Assembly: GCA_018385335.1 (NCBI GenBank)
Contig: JAHAZN010000018.1
Location: 5,839 to 69,838, forward strand
Length of the DNA stretch: 64,000 bases
DNA from: Prevotella sp.
Lineage (GTDB): Bacteria; Bacteroidota; Bacteroidia; Bacteroidales; Bacteroidaceae
Reading direction: 5' to 3'
In this document: positions 52,609 to 60,816 of the stretch, piece by piece
Layout: each line of letters begins with the position of its first letter
Position numbering within the stretch: the first letter of the stretch is position 1
The notes under the pieces: model-generated
Told to the model about the DNA's origin: nothing
The model's input: the letters and a program-made list of their open reading frames with translations, nothing else
Databases searched by the model: none
Made by a program: the position numbers and the translations under genes

Positions 52609-53622
52609 ATGATAAGAAAAGTAAGTTTTGAAAGCCAGGAGCGCCGTATCAAGCAAGTGATTGCTGCGCTTAACGAGAATGGTATCAAGGATATCGAAGA
52701 GGCTAATAAGATTTGCGAAGAAGCAGGTGTTGATCCTTATCAGATTTGCGAGGACACTCAGGGTATCTGCTTTGAGAATGCCAAATGGGCTTATGTTTGC
52801 GGTGCTGCTATCGCCATCAAGAAGGGCGTGAAGACTGCTGCTGAGGCTGCTGAGGCTATCGGTATCGGTCTGCAGAGCTTCTGCATCCCAGGTTCTGTGG
52901 CTGATGACCGTAAGGTTGGTATCGGACATGGTAACCTGGCTGCTCGTCTGCTGAGCGAGGAGACTCAGTGTTTCGCCTTCCTGGCTGGACACGAGAGCTT
53001 CGCCGCTGCTGAGGGTGCTATCAAGATTGCCGAGATGGCTAACAAGGTGCGTAAGAACCCCTTGCGTTGCATCCTTAACGGTCTGGGCAAAGATGCTGCT
53101 ATGATCATCAGCCGTATCAACGGATTTACTTATGTACAGACTAAGTTTGACTACTATACAGGTAAGGTGAACGTGGTTAACCGCATCGCTTACTCTGACG
53201 GTCCCCGTGCCAAGGTGAACTGCTATGGCGCTGATGACGTTCGTGAGGGTGTGGCTATCAACTGGCTGGAGGATGTTGATGTGTCTATCACAGGTAACTC
53301 TACCAACCCCACACGTTTCCAGCACCCCGTAGCCGGTACCTATAAGAAGGAGCGCGTGCTTGCTGGCAAGCCCTACTTCTCTGTAGCCTCTGGTGGCGGT
53401 ACTGGTCGTACTCTTCACCCCGACAACATGGCTGCCGGTCCCGCCTCTTACGGTATGACCGATACCCTGGGTCGTATGCACTCTGACGCTCAGTTTGCCG
53501 GTTCTTCTTCAGTACCTGCTCACGTTGAGATGATGGGCTTCCTCGGTATGGGTAACAACCCTATGGTAGGTGCTACCGTAGCTGTGGCTGTAACCGTTGA
53601 CATGGCCATCAACAAGAAATAA
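52609..53622 (+). CDS. GGGtGRT-family protein (conserved, function unknown)
   Basis: 337 aa. It contains the eponymous SGGGTGRT motif, plus GHGNLAARLL, AGHESFAAAEGA and AGSSSVPAHVEMMGFLGMGNNPMVGA blocks. The track start at 52576 is a TTG, so I trimmed it to the ATG at 52609 behind the SD. Confidence 0.7.
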   Translation: MIRKVSFESQERRIKQVIAALNENGIKDIEEANKICEEAGVDPYQICEDTQGICFENAKWAYVCGAAIAIKKGVKTAAEAAEAIGIGLQSFCIPGSVADDRKVGIGHGNLAARLLSEETQCFAFLAGHESFAAAEGAIKIAEMANKVRKNPLRCILNGLGKDAAMIISRINGFTYVQTKFDYYTGKVNVVNRIAYSDGPRAKVNCYGADDVREGVAINWLEDVDVSITGNSTNPTRFQHPVAGTYKKERVLAGKPYFSVASGGGTGRTLHPDNMAAGPASYGMTDTLGRMHSDAQFAGSSSVPAHVEMMGFLGMGNNPMVGATVAVAVTVDMAINKK

Positions 53623-53673
53623 GCTGTTTTGACGACGATAACATTGATTGCTCGTTAGAACAAACTATCACTC

Positions 53674-53720
53674 AAGCCTCTCATTGAGTCCGTAAGGGCG
53701 ACGTGAGAGGCTTTTCTCTT
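53674..53720 (+). terminator. rho-independent terminator after the GGGtGRT gene
   Basis: Perfect 10-bp stem AAGCCTCTCA (53674-53683) / TGAGAGGCTT (53704-53713), followed by TTCTCTT. Confidence 0.75.
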
Positions 53721-53728
53721 CCTTAACA

Positions 53729-54973
53729 ATGAACAAAAGACTGCTCCTCCTCTTCTTCTTTGCGACTATCGCTGTCGGCACACAGGCACGACACACAATA
53801 CTGAGCAACCGCTATCAGTCGCTCACCGTCATGGTCAACAACAACTGGCTGTCGGCGCCTGTCATGCAACTCAACAGCGATGATATCCTCAACATCAGTT
53901 TCGACGAACTATCGCATGATGCACATCGTCTCATCTATAAGATAGAACACTGCGAAATCGACGGTTCGGTATCGGAGGATATCTTCGAAAGCGACTACCT
54001 AGAAGGCTTCAATGGAATGACCATCGATAATTATGAGAAGTCGAGGGGGACAACGGTGCTCTACACCCACTACAGACTGCAGATACCCAATGAGCAGTGC
54101 CGACTGAAGATGAGCGGCAACTACCGGCTTACCGTTTATGAGGAGGACAATGAGATGGAGGAGGTGCTGCAGGTTGACTTCGCTGTGAACGAGGACCTCA
54201 TGAAGATTGGCATGGAGGTGAGTACCAATACTGATATCGACATCAACAATAGGCATCAGCAGTTGCACATCAAACTCAACTACGGCAATGTGAAGGTCAA
54301 CAATATCGACGAACAACTGCATGTCGTGGTAAGACAGAATGAGCGGGAAGACAACCAGTGCATCAACCCTCAACCTACGTTTATCAACCTCAATGGACTG
54401 GAATGGTCGCATCAGCGCGAACTTATCTTTCCTGCGGGCAACGAATACAGGAAGTTTGAAGTGTTAGCCCTCTCCCATCCTACCATGGGCATCGACCATA
54501 TCTCATGGGATGGAGAGATGTATAATGCCTATCCCTTTGTGTGCGAAGAGCGAAAGAACTATCTCTATGATGTTGATGCCAACGGCTGTTTCTATATCCG
54601 AAACAGTGATAATTTTGAGAACGACGTGACCTGCGACTATGTGTTCGTTCACTACCAACTGCTGATGGACCCACCCCTCGAACAGGGTAACGTGATGATA
54701 GACGGCAGATGGTGTAACAACAGAGACAAAGGTAGTTATATGATGAGCTACGACGAAGAGACACGCTCCTATCATGCCACGCTATTGCAGAAACAGGGAT
54801 ACTACTCTTATCAGTTGCTCGGATGCAACGACGAGGAACGTTTCGCGCTTGAGAGCGAGGGGAACTTCTATCAGACGGAGAATACCTACCAGATGTATGT
54901 TTACTATAAGAAAAATGGTGGACGCACCTGGCGCTTAGTAGGTTATAAAGAGGTAGAGAACTCACAAAGATAG
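53729..54973 (+). CDS. DUF5103-like protein (family associated with the T9SS plug protein)
   Basis: 414 aa with a signal peptide. YKIEHCEIDGS, YLEGF, YTHYRLQIPNE and SGNYRLTVYEE match my recollection of the DUF5103 / T9SS-plug first domain. Not verified. Confidence 0.55.
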   Translation: MNKRLLLLFFFATIAVGTQARHTILSNRYQSLTVMVNNNWLSAPVMQLNSDDILNISFDELSHDAHRLIYKIEHCEIDGSVSEDIFESDYLEGFNGMTIDNYEKSRGTTVLYTHYRLQIPNEQCRLKMSGNYRLTVYEEDNEMEEVLQVDFAVNEDLMKIGMEVSTNTDIDINNRHQQLHIKLNYGNVKVNNIDEQLHVVVRQNEREDNQCINPQPTFINLNGLEWSHQRELIFPAGNEYRKFEVLALSHPTMGIDHISWDGEMYNAYPFVCEERKNYLYDVDANGCFYIRNSDNFENDVTCDYVFVHYQLLMDPPLEQGNVMIDGRWCNNRDKGSYMMSYDEETRSYHATLLQKQGYYSYQLLGCNDEERFALESEGNFYQTENTYQMYVYYKKNGGRTWRLVGYKEVENSQR

Positions 54974-54991
54974 GTTCACCGCCACTTATTC

Positions 54992-57481
54992 TTACTTGCT
55001 CCTATGCTGCTCGGCATAGAGTTTGGGCGTAATGCGATAACGATGATAGAAACTTGAGATGAAGAAATTTGGAGAGGCATAACCGCAGGCATCTGCTACA
55101 TCCTCCACTTCAGCATCCGGCTCCTTGAGCATCTCACATGCCTTAGATAATCGCAGCGCTAAGGCCAACTGTCTCGGACTCTTGTTGATGTTGGCAATTA
55201 GTTTGTCATAGAACTGCATAAGATTCATATTGGCAATTGATGCTATCTTACGTGTGCTCAGTTCTTCTCCATGTCTTATCAGGGGGACGACCTTAAGCAT
55301 CATCTCAACAAAATCATCATCGAGGTCGGACGCCGCCTCATCTTTCTCATTATAAGACTCAGCGACACCAGGCAGGAATCGTTCATTGTCTAATGCCAAA
55401 GTGCGTTCTACAAACTGACTCAGACGCTTCAGCACATCCTGCTCGGCAGTAGCACACTGGAGCTGAACCTTATAGTTTTTGTTATACCATACGATATTGA
55501 CGATGAGCAGCACAACAATCACAAAAACCACAAGGAGACGCACGCCGGTAGTCTGCCACCATGGCTCTCTCACCGTGAGCGTCACGACAACAGGGTCTGT
55601 GGGCCACTCATAAGGGAACATCGATGCCTGAACCTCAACACGGTAGTTGCCTGGTTCAAGGGCCATCAGAGGAAAGTGGAACACACCGTTCTGGTCAACA
55701 AGATTATGACCGTCAAAATAGGAATATACGGTCCAATCTTGATGATGCACCCTACTACCGCCTGTCATCCTCACACGATAGAAGGTCTGCAACGGACGGA
55801 AGTAGTTGAAGCCAGAGAAGGTGAGACGGATAGAGTTCTTATCGTTATCAAGCTCCAAGTGCTTACACTTGCTCACCGAACCGTTAAGATAGATACCCTC
55901 TTCCTTATTACCCTTGAAGATAAAGTTACCATTGACCATCAGTCGGATGAGTTTGGGATAGAGTTTGAGTGAGGTGTTTTCAAGCATCTGGAACCTGTTA
56001 GGATTAAATGCTACCACATGGTCTAGCGACTGCATCACTATCAGTCCGTCCTTTCGCTTCATCACACGTCCGTTTAGGAAGGTCTCTGAAGGCACGTTAT
56101 CCTTATCATTGTAACTACTGATAAACTTCACTCTATTATCTCGTATCGCACAACAGGAGATACCATTGCTTGTGCATATCCAGATATTTTTTTTATCATC
56201 TTCAATGATAGAGTGCACCACATTGTTAAGCAGTCCTTCTGAGATGCGCAACACCGTATCGGGCATTTCACCTGCCTTTCCTTTTTTGAAAAGCTGCAGT
56301 CCGTTGTTGGTGCCCACCCAGAGCCATCCACGACTATCGGTATAATTGGTATTGATTCCTCGCTTGCTGTAAGCAGAGGAACTGATGCCGAGGCGATCCA
56401 TCTCTGCTGAATATTCCAACGCTTCATGATCGTCCCAAGTATAAGCGATAAATGGCGAGGTGAGAGGTTTGCTATAGAGCAAGCCACGTCTCTCCGTACC
56501 CATCCAGATACCTCCCTGATGGTCGAAGGCCACAGTATTGATGTCGGTTATCATCCTGCTGCCGTTGAGCAGTCCTACATCCTCAGAGTGTTCTAACGTT
56601 TCACTGTCCTTATGATAGATATAGTAGCCATAGGCAGATGGGATATAGATTTGATCGTTGTACAGTGCCATGTTGTTGAGACTATACTGACAGGTCAAGA
56701 GAGTCTTCCACTGATAAGTATCTACATTTAGGCGTTGAAGGATGGCATGTCCACGACCATTGCGTATCTGATAAAATGAATGTCCCACACGCAGCAACAC
56801 CGATGACGAATTATATTTCTCCACCTCTTCGTCCTTATAGGCGTAAGTGGTCTTGATATGCTTACCATTCTGACGATGAAACACTTCCACCATTCCGTTC
56901 TCGTAAAAGAGTAAGACTTTATCATCGCACACATCCACATCTTGAAGATTGAGAACAGGTTGTATTGGCAACGCTATCTTCTGCTCTTCATTAGTCAGTT
57001 TTCCGCCTATCGACAACCAGAGGGTACTATCGGAATCTACAAACAGGTCCTCTATCTCCTGTCCGTTGAGCGGATAGTGAATACAGTCGTTAAAGGAGGT
57101 GATGAGCTGCTCGGTATTCATATCAACACATGTCACCTCATAGCGGTGTTTCAGCCACAGCCTCTCTCTATTGTCGTAATAAAGATGGTAATTGCCGCGG
57201 TAGTTGCTCAGTCGCATCCTGTCCTGTGCTTCGGAATGCACACAGTAGAAACCTACGCCGTTATAAAAGTTGATGGTACCCATCGTGGAGATAGCCATAC
57301 GCCCGTCTTTAAGAGAGAGGATAGTCTGCGCACTGTTATCTGCCAATCCCGATGCAGCATTGATGACTCTGAAGAGCCGTCCGTCATTGGCTTGGGCGAC
57401 AGCTGGCACAAGGAGGAGCAACAACTCCAGAAGCAGCGTGTATGTAAACTTTATTATGCGTTTCATTAGCAGTGTATTCAT
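54992..57481 (-). CDS. membrane-spanning regulator: periplasmic beta-propeller + YYY domain, one TM helix, cytoplasmic AraC-type HTH (no kinase or receiver domains)
   Basis: 829 aa. A signal/TM segment is followed by two-component-regulator-propeller-like repeats and a Y_Y_Y-like region (FYRVRM...WTVYSY...GNYRVEVQA). Then comes the TM helix LLVVFVIVVLLIVNIVW and a C-terminal AraC HTH (VADACGYASPNFFISSFYHRYRITP). Confidence 0.75.
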   Translation of the reverse strand: MNTLLMKRIIKFTYTLLLELLLLLVPAVAQANDGRLFRVINAASGLADNSAQTILSLKDGRMAISTMGTINFYNGVGFYCVHSEAQDRMRLSNYRGNYHLYYDNRERLWLKHRYEVTCVDMNTEQLITSFNDCIHYPLNGQEIEDLFVDSDSTLWLSIGGKLTNEEQKIALPIQPVLNLQDVDVCDDKVLLFYENGMVEVFHRQNGKHIKTTYAYKDEEVEKYNSSSVLLRVGHSFYQIRNGRGHAILQRLNVDTYQWKTLLTCQYSLNNMALYNDQIYIPSAYGYYIYHKDSETLEHSEDVGLLNGSRMITDINTVAFDHQGGIWMGTERRGLLYSKPLTSPFIAYTWDDHEALEYSAEMDRLGISSSAYSKRGINTNYTDSRGWLWVGTNNGLQLFKKGKAGEMPDTVLRISEGLLNNVVHSIIEDDKKNIWICTSNGISCCAIRDNRVKFISSYNDKDNVPSETFLNGRVMKRKDGLIVMQSLDHVVAFNPNRFQMLENTSLKLYPKLIRLMVNGNFIFKGNKEEGIYLNGSVSKCKHLELDNDKNSIRLTFSGFNYFRPLQTFYRVRMTGGSRVHHQDWTVYSYFDGHNLVDQNGVFHFPLMALEPGNYRVEVQASMFPYEWPTDPVVVTLTVREPWWQTTGVRLLVVFVIVVLLIVNIVWYNKNYKVQLQCATAEQDVLKRLSQFVERTLALDNERFLPGVAESYNEKDEAASDLDDDFVEMMLKVVPLIRHGEELSTRKIASIANMNLMQFYDKLIANINKSPRQLALALRLSKACEMLKEPDAEVEDVADACGYASPNFFISSFYHRYRITPKLYAEQHRSK

Positions 57482-57674
57482 GGCCTTTTGTAATCGTAAG
57501 GATTGATTTATTTCCCCCGATGGCTAAAGTACAACATTATTTTGAACTGACCAACTCTTTTCCTAAAAATCTTTATTCTTCACTATGTAACTGATTGCAA
57601 GATTGTAATATTGAGTAATGAATAAAGCGAGTTATCTCCTCATCTTCTGTTCTTCTGAGGGTAGGTGATACAGA

Positions 57675-57709
57675 ATGAGAGGCATAACCTCTTCGGTTAT
57701 GCCTCTCAT
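57675..57709 (-). terminator. perfect 15-bp hairpin immediately downstream of tRNA-Pro
   Basis: ATGAGAGGCATAACC-TCTTC-GGTTATGCCTCTCAT, 6 nt past the tRNA 3' end. The U-tract on the minus strand is weak, so it could be a terminator or a processing element. Confidence 0.55.
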
Positions 57710-57715
57710 GAGAAG

Positions 57716-57788
57716 TCGAGGTGACAGGACTCGAACCTGCGACAGCCTGGTCCCAAACCAGGAACGCTACCAACTGCGCTACACCTCG
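57716..57788 (-). tRNA. tRNA-Pro (anticodon TGG)
   Basis: 73 nt, folded by hand on the minus strand. Acceptor CGAGGTG/CACCTCG, anticodon stem CCTGG/CCAGG with loop TTTGGGA, T-arm GCAGG-TTCGAGT-CCTGT. No CCA is encoded. Confidence 0.9.
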
Positions 57789-57790
57789 GA

Positions 57791-57814
57791 AAAGCCTTCA
57801 AAGAGAAAGGCTTT
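57791..57814. terminator. 8-bp hairpin between spt and tRNA-Pro (terminator-like, A-run/T-run flanked)
   Basis: AAAGCCTT (57791-57798) / AAGGCTTT (57807-57814), flanked by T-runs on the plus strand and A-runs on the minus strand. It lies between the tRNA promoter box and the tRNA. Confidence 0.5.
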
Positions 57815-57827
57815 TTTATTTCGCTTG

Positions 57828-57835
57828 CAAAGGTA
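57828..57835 (-). promoter_or_regulatory. -7 promoter box (TAnnTTTG) upstream of tRNA-Pro
   Basis: The reverse complement reads TACCTTTG, 40 nt upstream of the tRNA 5' end. Confidence 0.5.
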
Positions 57836-57888
57836 CAACATTTTTATGACCTCAGCAAATATTTCTCAAACTATTTACGCAAACAACA

Positions 57889-59076
57889 TCATTTGATGAT
57901 GCCCTGCTCCTTGAAAATCTTAGTAAGTGCCTGTACACCTCTCTCCACCTGCTCTTCAGTGTGTGTAGCCATAAGTGCGAAACGCACAAGGGTATCCTGT
58001 GGAGCACATGCTGGAGGAATAACGGGGTTGATGAATACTCCTGCATCGAAGGCAAGCTTGGTGACAAGGAAAGTCTTGTCGATGTCGTGCACATAAAGCG
58101 GGATGATGGGGCTCTCGGTCTCACCAATCTCAAAACCCTCTTCACGGAAGCGACGCAGTGCGTAGTTGGTCACCTTCCAGAGCTGCTCTATACGCTCGGG
58201 TTCCGACTTCATGATATGCAGTGCTTCCATGGCAGCAGCCGTGGCAGCAGGAGTGTTAGAGGCACTAAAGATATAGGTGCGGCAGGTGTGACGCAGGTAG
58301 TTGATGGTATCTTTATCACCGGCGATGAAGCCACCGATACTTGCCATCGACTTAGAGAAGGTACCCATGATAAGATCCACCTCATGGGTCAGTCCGAAAT
58401 GATCGCACACACCGCGTCCCTGCTTACCAAAGACACCAAGACCATGGGCTTCGTCAACCATCAGTGAGCAGTTGTACTTATGTTTCAGCTCCACCAGTTT
58501 AGGAAGTTTGCACAGGTCGCCCTCCATAGAGAACACTCCATCCACAACAATCAGCTTGACAGCCTCATGAGGAAGACCCTTGAGGATATTCTCCAGATCA
58601 TCCATATCGTTGTGCTTATAGTGCAGAGGTTTAGCAAAAGAAAGACGTCGGCCTTCTACAATACTTGCATGGTCGCGGTCGTCACAGATGATATAATCAC
58701 CACGACCTACTACCATTGATATCACGCCAGAATTAACAGAGAAGCCCGTGGAGAAACACAGACAATCGTCCTTGTCCATGAACTCAGCCAATTCCTTCTC
58801 CAATTGTACATGAAGGTCGAGCGTACCATTGAGGAAACGACTTCCTGCACATCCTGAACCATAACGGTCGAGGGCTGCCTTAGCTGCATTGATAACACGC
58901 TCATCACCTGTCAGACCGGTGTAGGCATTAGAACCAAACATCAGCACGCGATGTCCCTCCATTTCTACTTCGGTGCCCTGTTTGCTGGTTATCGCACGAA
59001 AATAGGGATAAACCCCTGCCTCCATGAATTTCTGAGGCTCACGATAATTCTTGTATCTTTCTTGTAACTGTCCCAT
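57889..59076 (-). CDS. spt: alpha-oxoamine synthase family PLP enzyme, most likely serine palmitoyltransferase
   Basis: 395 aa. GSNAYTGL, GSGCAGSRFLNGT, DEAHGLG and the GTFSKSMASIGGF PLP-lysine region place it in the AONS/KBL/SPT family. The N-terminal region and YIFSAS block resemble bacterial SPTs more than BioF. No biotin genes are adjacent. Confidence 0.65.
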   Translation of the reverse strand: MGQLQERYKNYREPQKFMEAGVYPYFRAITSKQGTEVEMEGHRVLMFGSNAYTGLTGDERVINAAKAALDRYGSGCAGSRFLNGTLDLHVQLEKELAEFMDKDDCLCFSTGFSVNSGVISMVVGRGDYIICDDRDHASIVEGRRLSFAKPLHYKHNDMDDLENILKGLPHEAVKLIVVDGVFSMEGDLCKLPKLVELKHKYNCSLMVDEAHGLGVFGKQGRGVCDHFGLTHEVDLIMGTFSKSMASIGGFIAGDKDTINYLRHTCRTYIFSASNTPAATAAAMEALHIMKSEPERIEQLWKVTNYALRRFREEGFEIGETESPIIPLYVHDIDKTFLVTKLAFDAGVFINPVIPPACAPQDTLVRFALMATHTEEQVERGVQALTKIFKEQGIIK

Positions 59077-59118
59077 ATAAATAGGTATAGGTATCGTTAG
59101 AAATATTCAAATTGGCTG

Positions 59119-59126
59119 CAAAGTTA
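59119..59126 (-). promoter_or_regulatory. -7 promoter box (TAnnTTTG) for spt
   Basis: The reverse complement reads TAACTTTG, about 43 nt upstream of the ATG at 59076. Confidence 0.55.
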
Positions 59127-59221
59127 CAAATTTTTCATAAAAAGACTCATGTTTTCGATGATAATTATTCGTTTTAGCGTTTTTTATGCTGCAAAAGCAA
59201 GGCTTAAATCAACTATTTGAC

Positions 59222-59229
59222 TAATTTTG
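59222..59229 (+). promoter_or_regulatory. -7 promoter box (TAnnTTTG) abutting the lipid kinase start codon
   Basis: TAATTTTG ends 4 nt before the ATG at 59234. Confidence 0.45.
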
Positions 59230-59233
59230 CACT

Positions 59234-60271
59234 ATGAGTAATAAGAAAAGTATATCATTCATCCTTAATCCGCATTCAGGTACTCACAGCAAGGAAGAGC
59301 TTCCCAAACTCATAGAGGAGCACCTTGACAAGAGTAAGTTTGACTATCGTTTGATAATCACTGAATATGCCGGACACGCTGCTGAGCTCGCTAAGCAGTG
59401 TGTTGAGCAGCACACGGATATCGTGGTGGCTGTAGGCGGTGACGGGACGGTGAATGAGGTGGCTCGCTCATTGGTACACTCACAGACAGCCTTGGGGATC
59501 ATCCCCTGTGGTTCGGGCAATGGTTTGGCTCGACATCTGTGTATCCCTATGGATGTGAAAAAGGCCATCAACATCATCAACCAATGCAAAATAGAGGCAC
59601 TCGACTATGGTGTCATCAACGAACTACCTTTCTTTTGCACCTGCGGCATGGGCTTTGATGCCTTCATCAGCATGAAGTTTGCCGAAGCAGGGAAACGCGG
59701 ACCTATCACCTATGCTGAGAACGTGCTGAAGGAGGGTCTCAAATACCAGCCAGAACAATATGAGGTGATTGATGAGACGGGCACAAAGAGATACAAGGCC
59801 TTTCTCATCGCATGTGCCAACGCATCTCAATATGGCAACAATGCCTACATCGCCCCACAGGCTACCATGACAGATGGTCTGATGGATGTCATCATCATGG
59901 AACCTTTTACGGCCTTTGATGCGCCACAGATAAGCATCGACATGTTCAACAAGACATTAGACAAGAACTCGAAGATAAAGACCTTTAAAGCCAGAAAGAT
60001 TAGGATTGTGCGCAAGCAGCCTGGAGTGATTCACTATGATGGCGACCCAATCATGACGGGACCTGACATCGACGTACATATCGAGGAGAAGGGCATACGC
60101 ATCCTCACTAATCCCATCGACACGGAAGATCACAGACAGCCGAACATGTTACTCAATGCCTTCTCTGAGTTCTTTAATAATATAAATAATGTGCGCGACG
60201 ACATAGAGAAACAGAGCAGACGAATACAGGCTATCAACAAGGTGCTGCTCCGAAAACTCACAAAAGAATAG
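59234..60271 (+). CDS. diacylglycerol/sphingosine-type lipid kinase (YegS/BmrU/DAGK catalytic domain family)
   Basis: 345 aa. SFILNPHSGTH, VAVGGDGTVNEV and GIIPCGSGNGLARHL are DAGK-cat family motifs. Confidence 0.8.
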   Translation: MSNKKSISFILNPHSGTHSKEELPKLIEEHLDKSKFDYRLIITEYAGHAAELAKQCVEQHTDIVVAVGGDGTVNEVARSLVHSQTALGIIPCGSGNGLARHLCIPMDVKKAINIINQCKIEALDYGVINELPFFCTCGMGFDAFISMKFAEAGKRGPITYAENVLKEGLKYQPEQYEVIDETGTKRYKAFLIACANASQYGNNAYIAPQATMTDGLMDVIIMEPFTAFDAPQISIDMFNKTLDKNSKIKTFKARKIRIVRKQPGVIHYDGDPIMTGPDIDVHIEEKGIRILTNPIDTEDHRQPNMLLNAFSEFFNNINNVRDDIEKQSRRIQAINKVLLRKLTKE

Positions 60272-60309
60272 TTCGACAACAAACAACTAAAAAAAAATCT
60301 TACCATATC

Positions 60310-60816
60310 ATGGACAATGGAAAGGAACTGTTTCCCTTGGTTGACGAAGAGGGAAACATCATTGGTAGCATCACCAGACAAGAAGCGCATAGCGGAACGA
60401 AACAACTCCATCCCGTGGTGCATCTCCATCTCTTCAACAGTAAGGGTGAACTCTATCTCCAGCTTCGTCCCTCATGGAAGGACGTGCAACCGGGAAAATG
60501 GGACACTGCTACAGGGGGACATATCGACTTGGGAGAGAGCGTGGAGATGGCGCTGCGACGTGAGGTGAAGGAGGAGCTGGGGCTCACCAACTTCACGCCA
60601 GAGAGTGTGGAACACTATATCTTTGAGAGCAATGTCGAACGAGAACTAGTATTCGTACACCGTGCTACGACAGATGAACTACCCCACCCTAACGCTGATG
60701 AGCTGGCAGGTGGACGGTTCTGGAGAATAGAAGAGATAGAGGAGCAGTTGGGCAAAGATGTTTTCACGCCCAACTTCGAACACGAATATCAGCGTTTCTT
60801 CCAATGCAAGAAATAA
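60310..60816 (+). CDS. NUDIX hydrolase
   Basis: 168 aa. The Nudix box is GGHIDLGESVEMALRREVKEELGL. Confidence 0.85.
   Translation: MDNGKELFPLVDEEGNIIGSITRQEAHSGTKQLHPVVHLHLFNSKGELYLQLRPSWKDVQPGKWDTATGGHIDLGESVEMALRREVKEELGLTNFTPESVEHYIFESNVERELVFVHRATTDELPHPNADELAGGRFWRIEEIEEQLGKDVFTPNFEHEYQRFFQCKK

Noticed and set aside
52525-53481. 318-aa minus-strand ORF opposite the GGGtGRT gene.
   Set aside because: It is an antisense shadow ORF with Ser/Thr/Leu/His-rich low-information sequence. The sense strand carries the conserved family motifs plus a promoter, SD and terminator.
57573-57896. Two small ORFs (66 aa minus, 73 aa plus) between the AraC-type regulator and spt.
   Set aside because: They overlap tRNA-Pro and its flanking hairpins. 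Their sequences are translations of tRNA and hairpin DNA.
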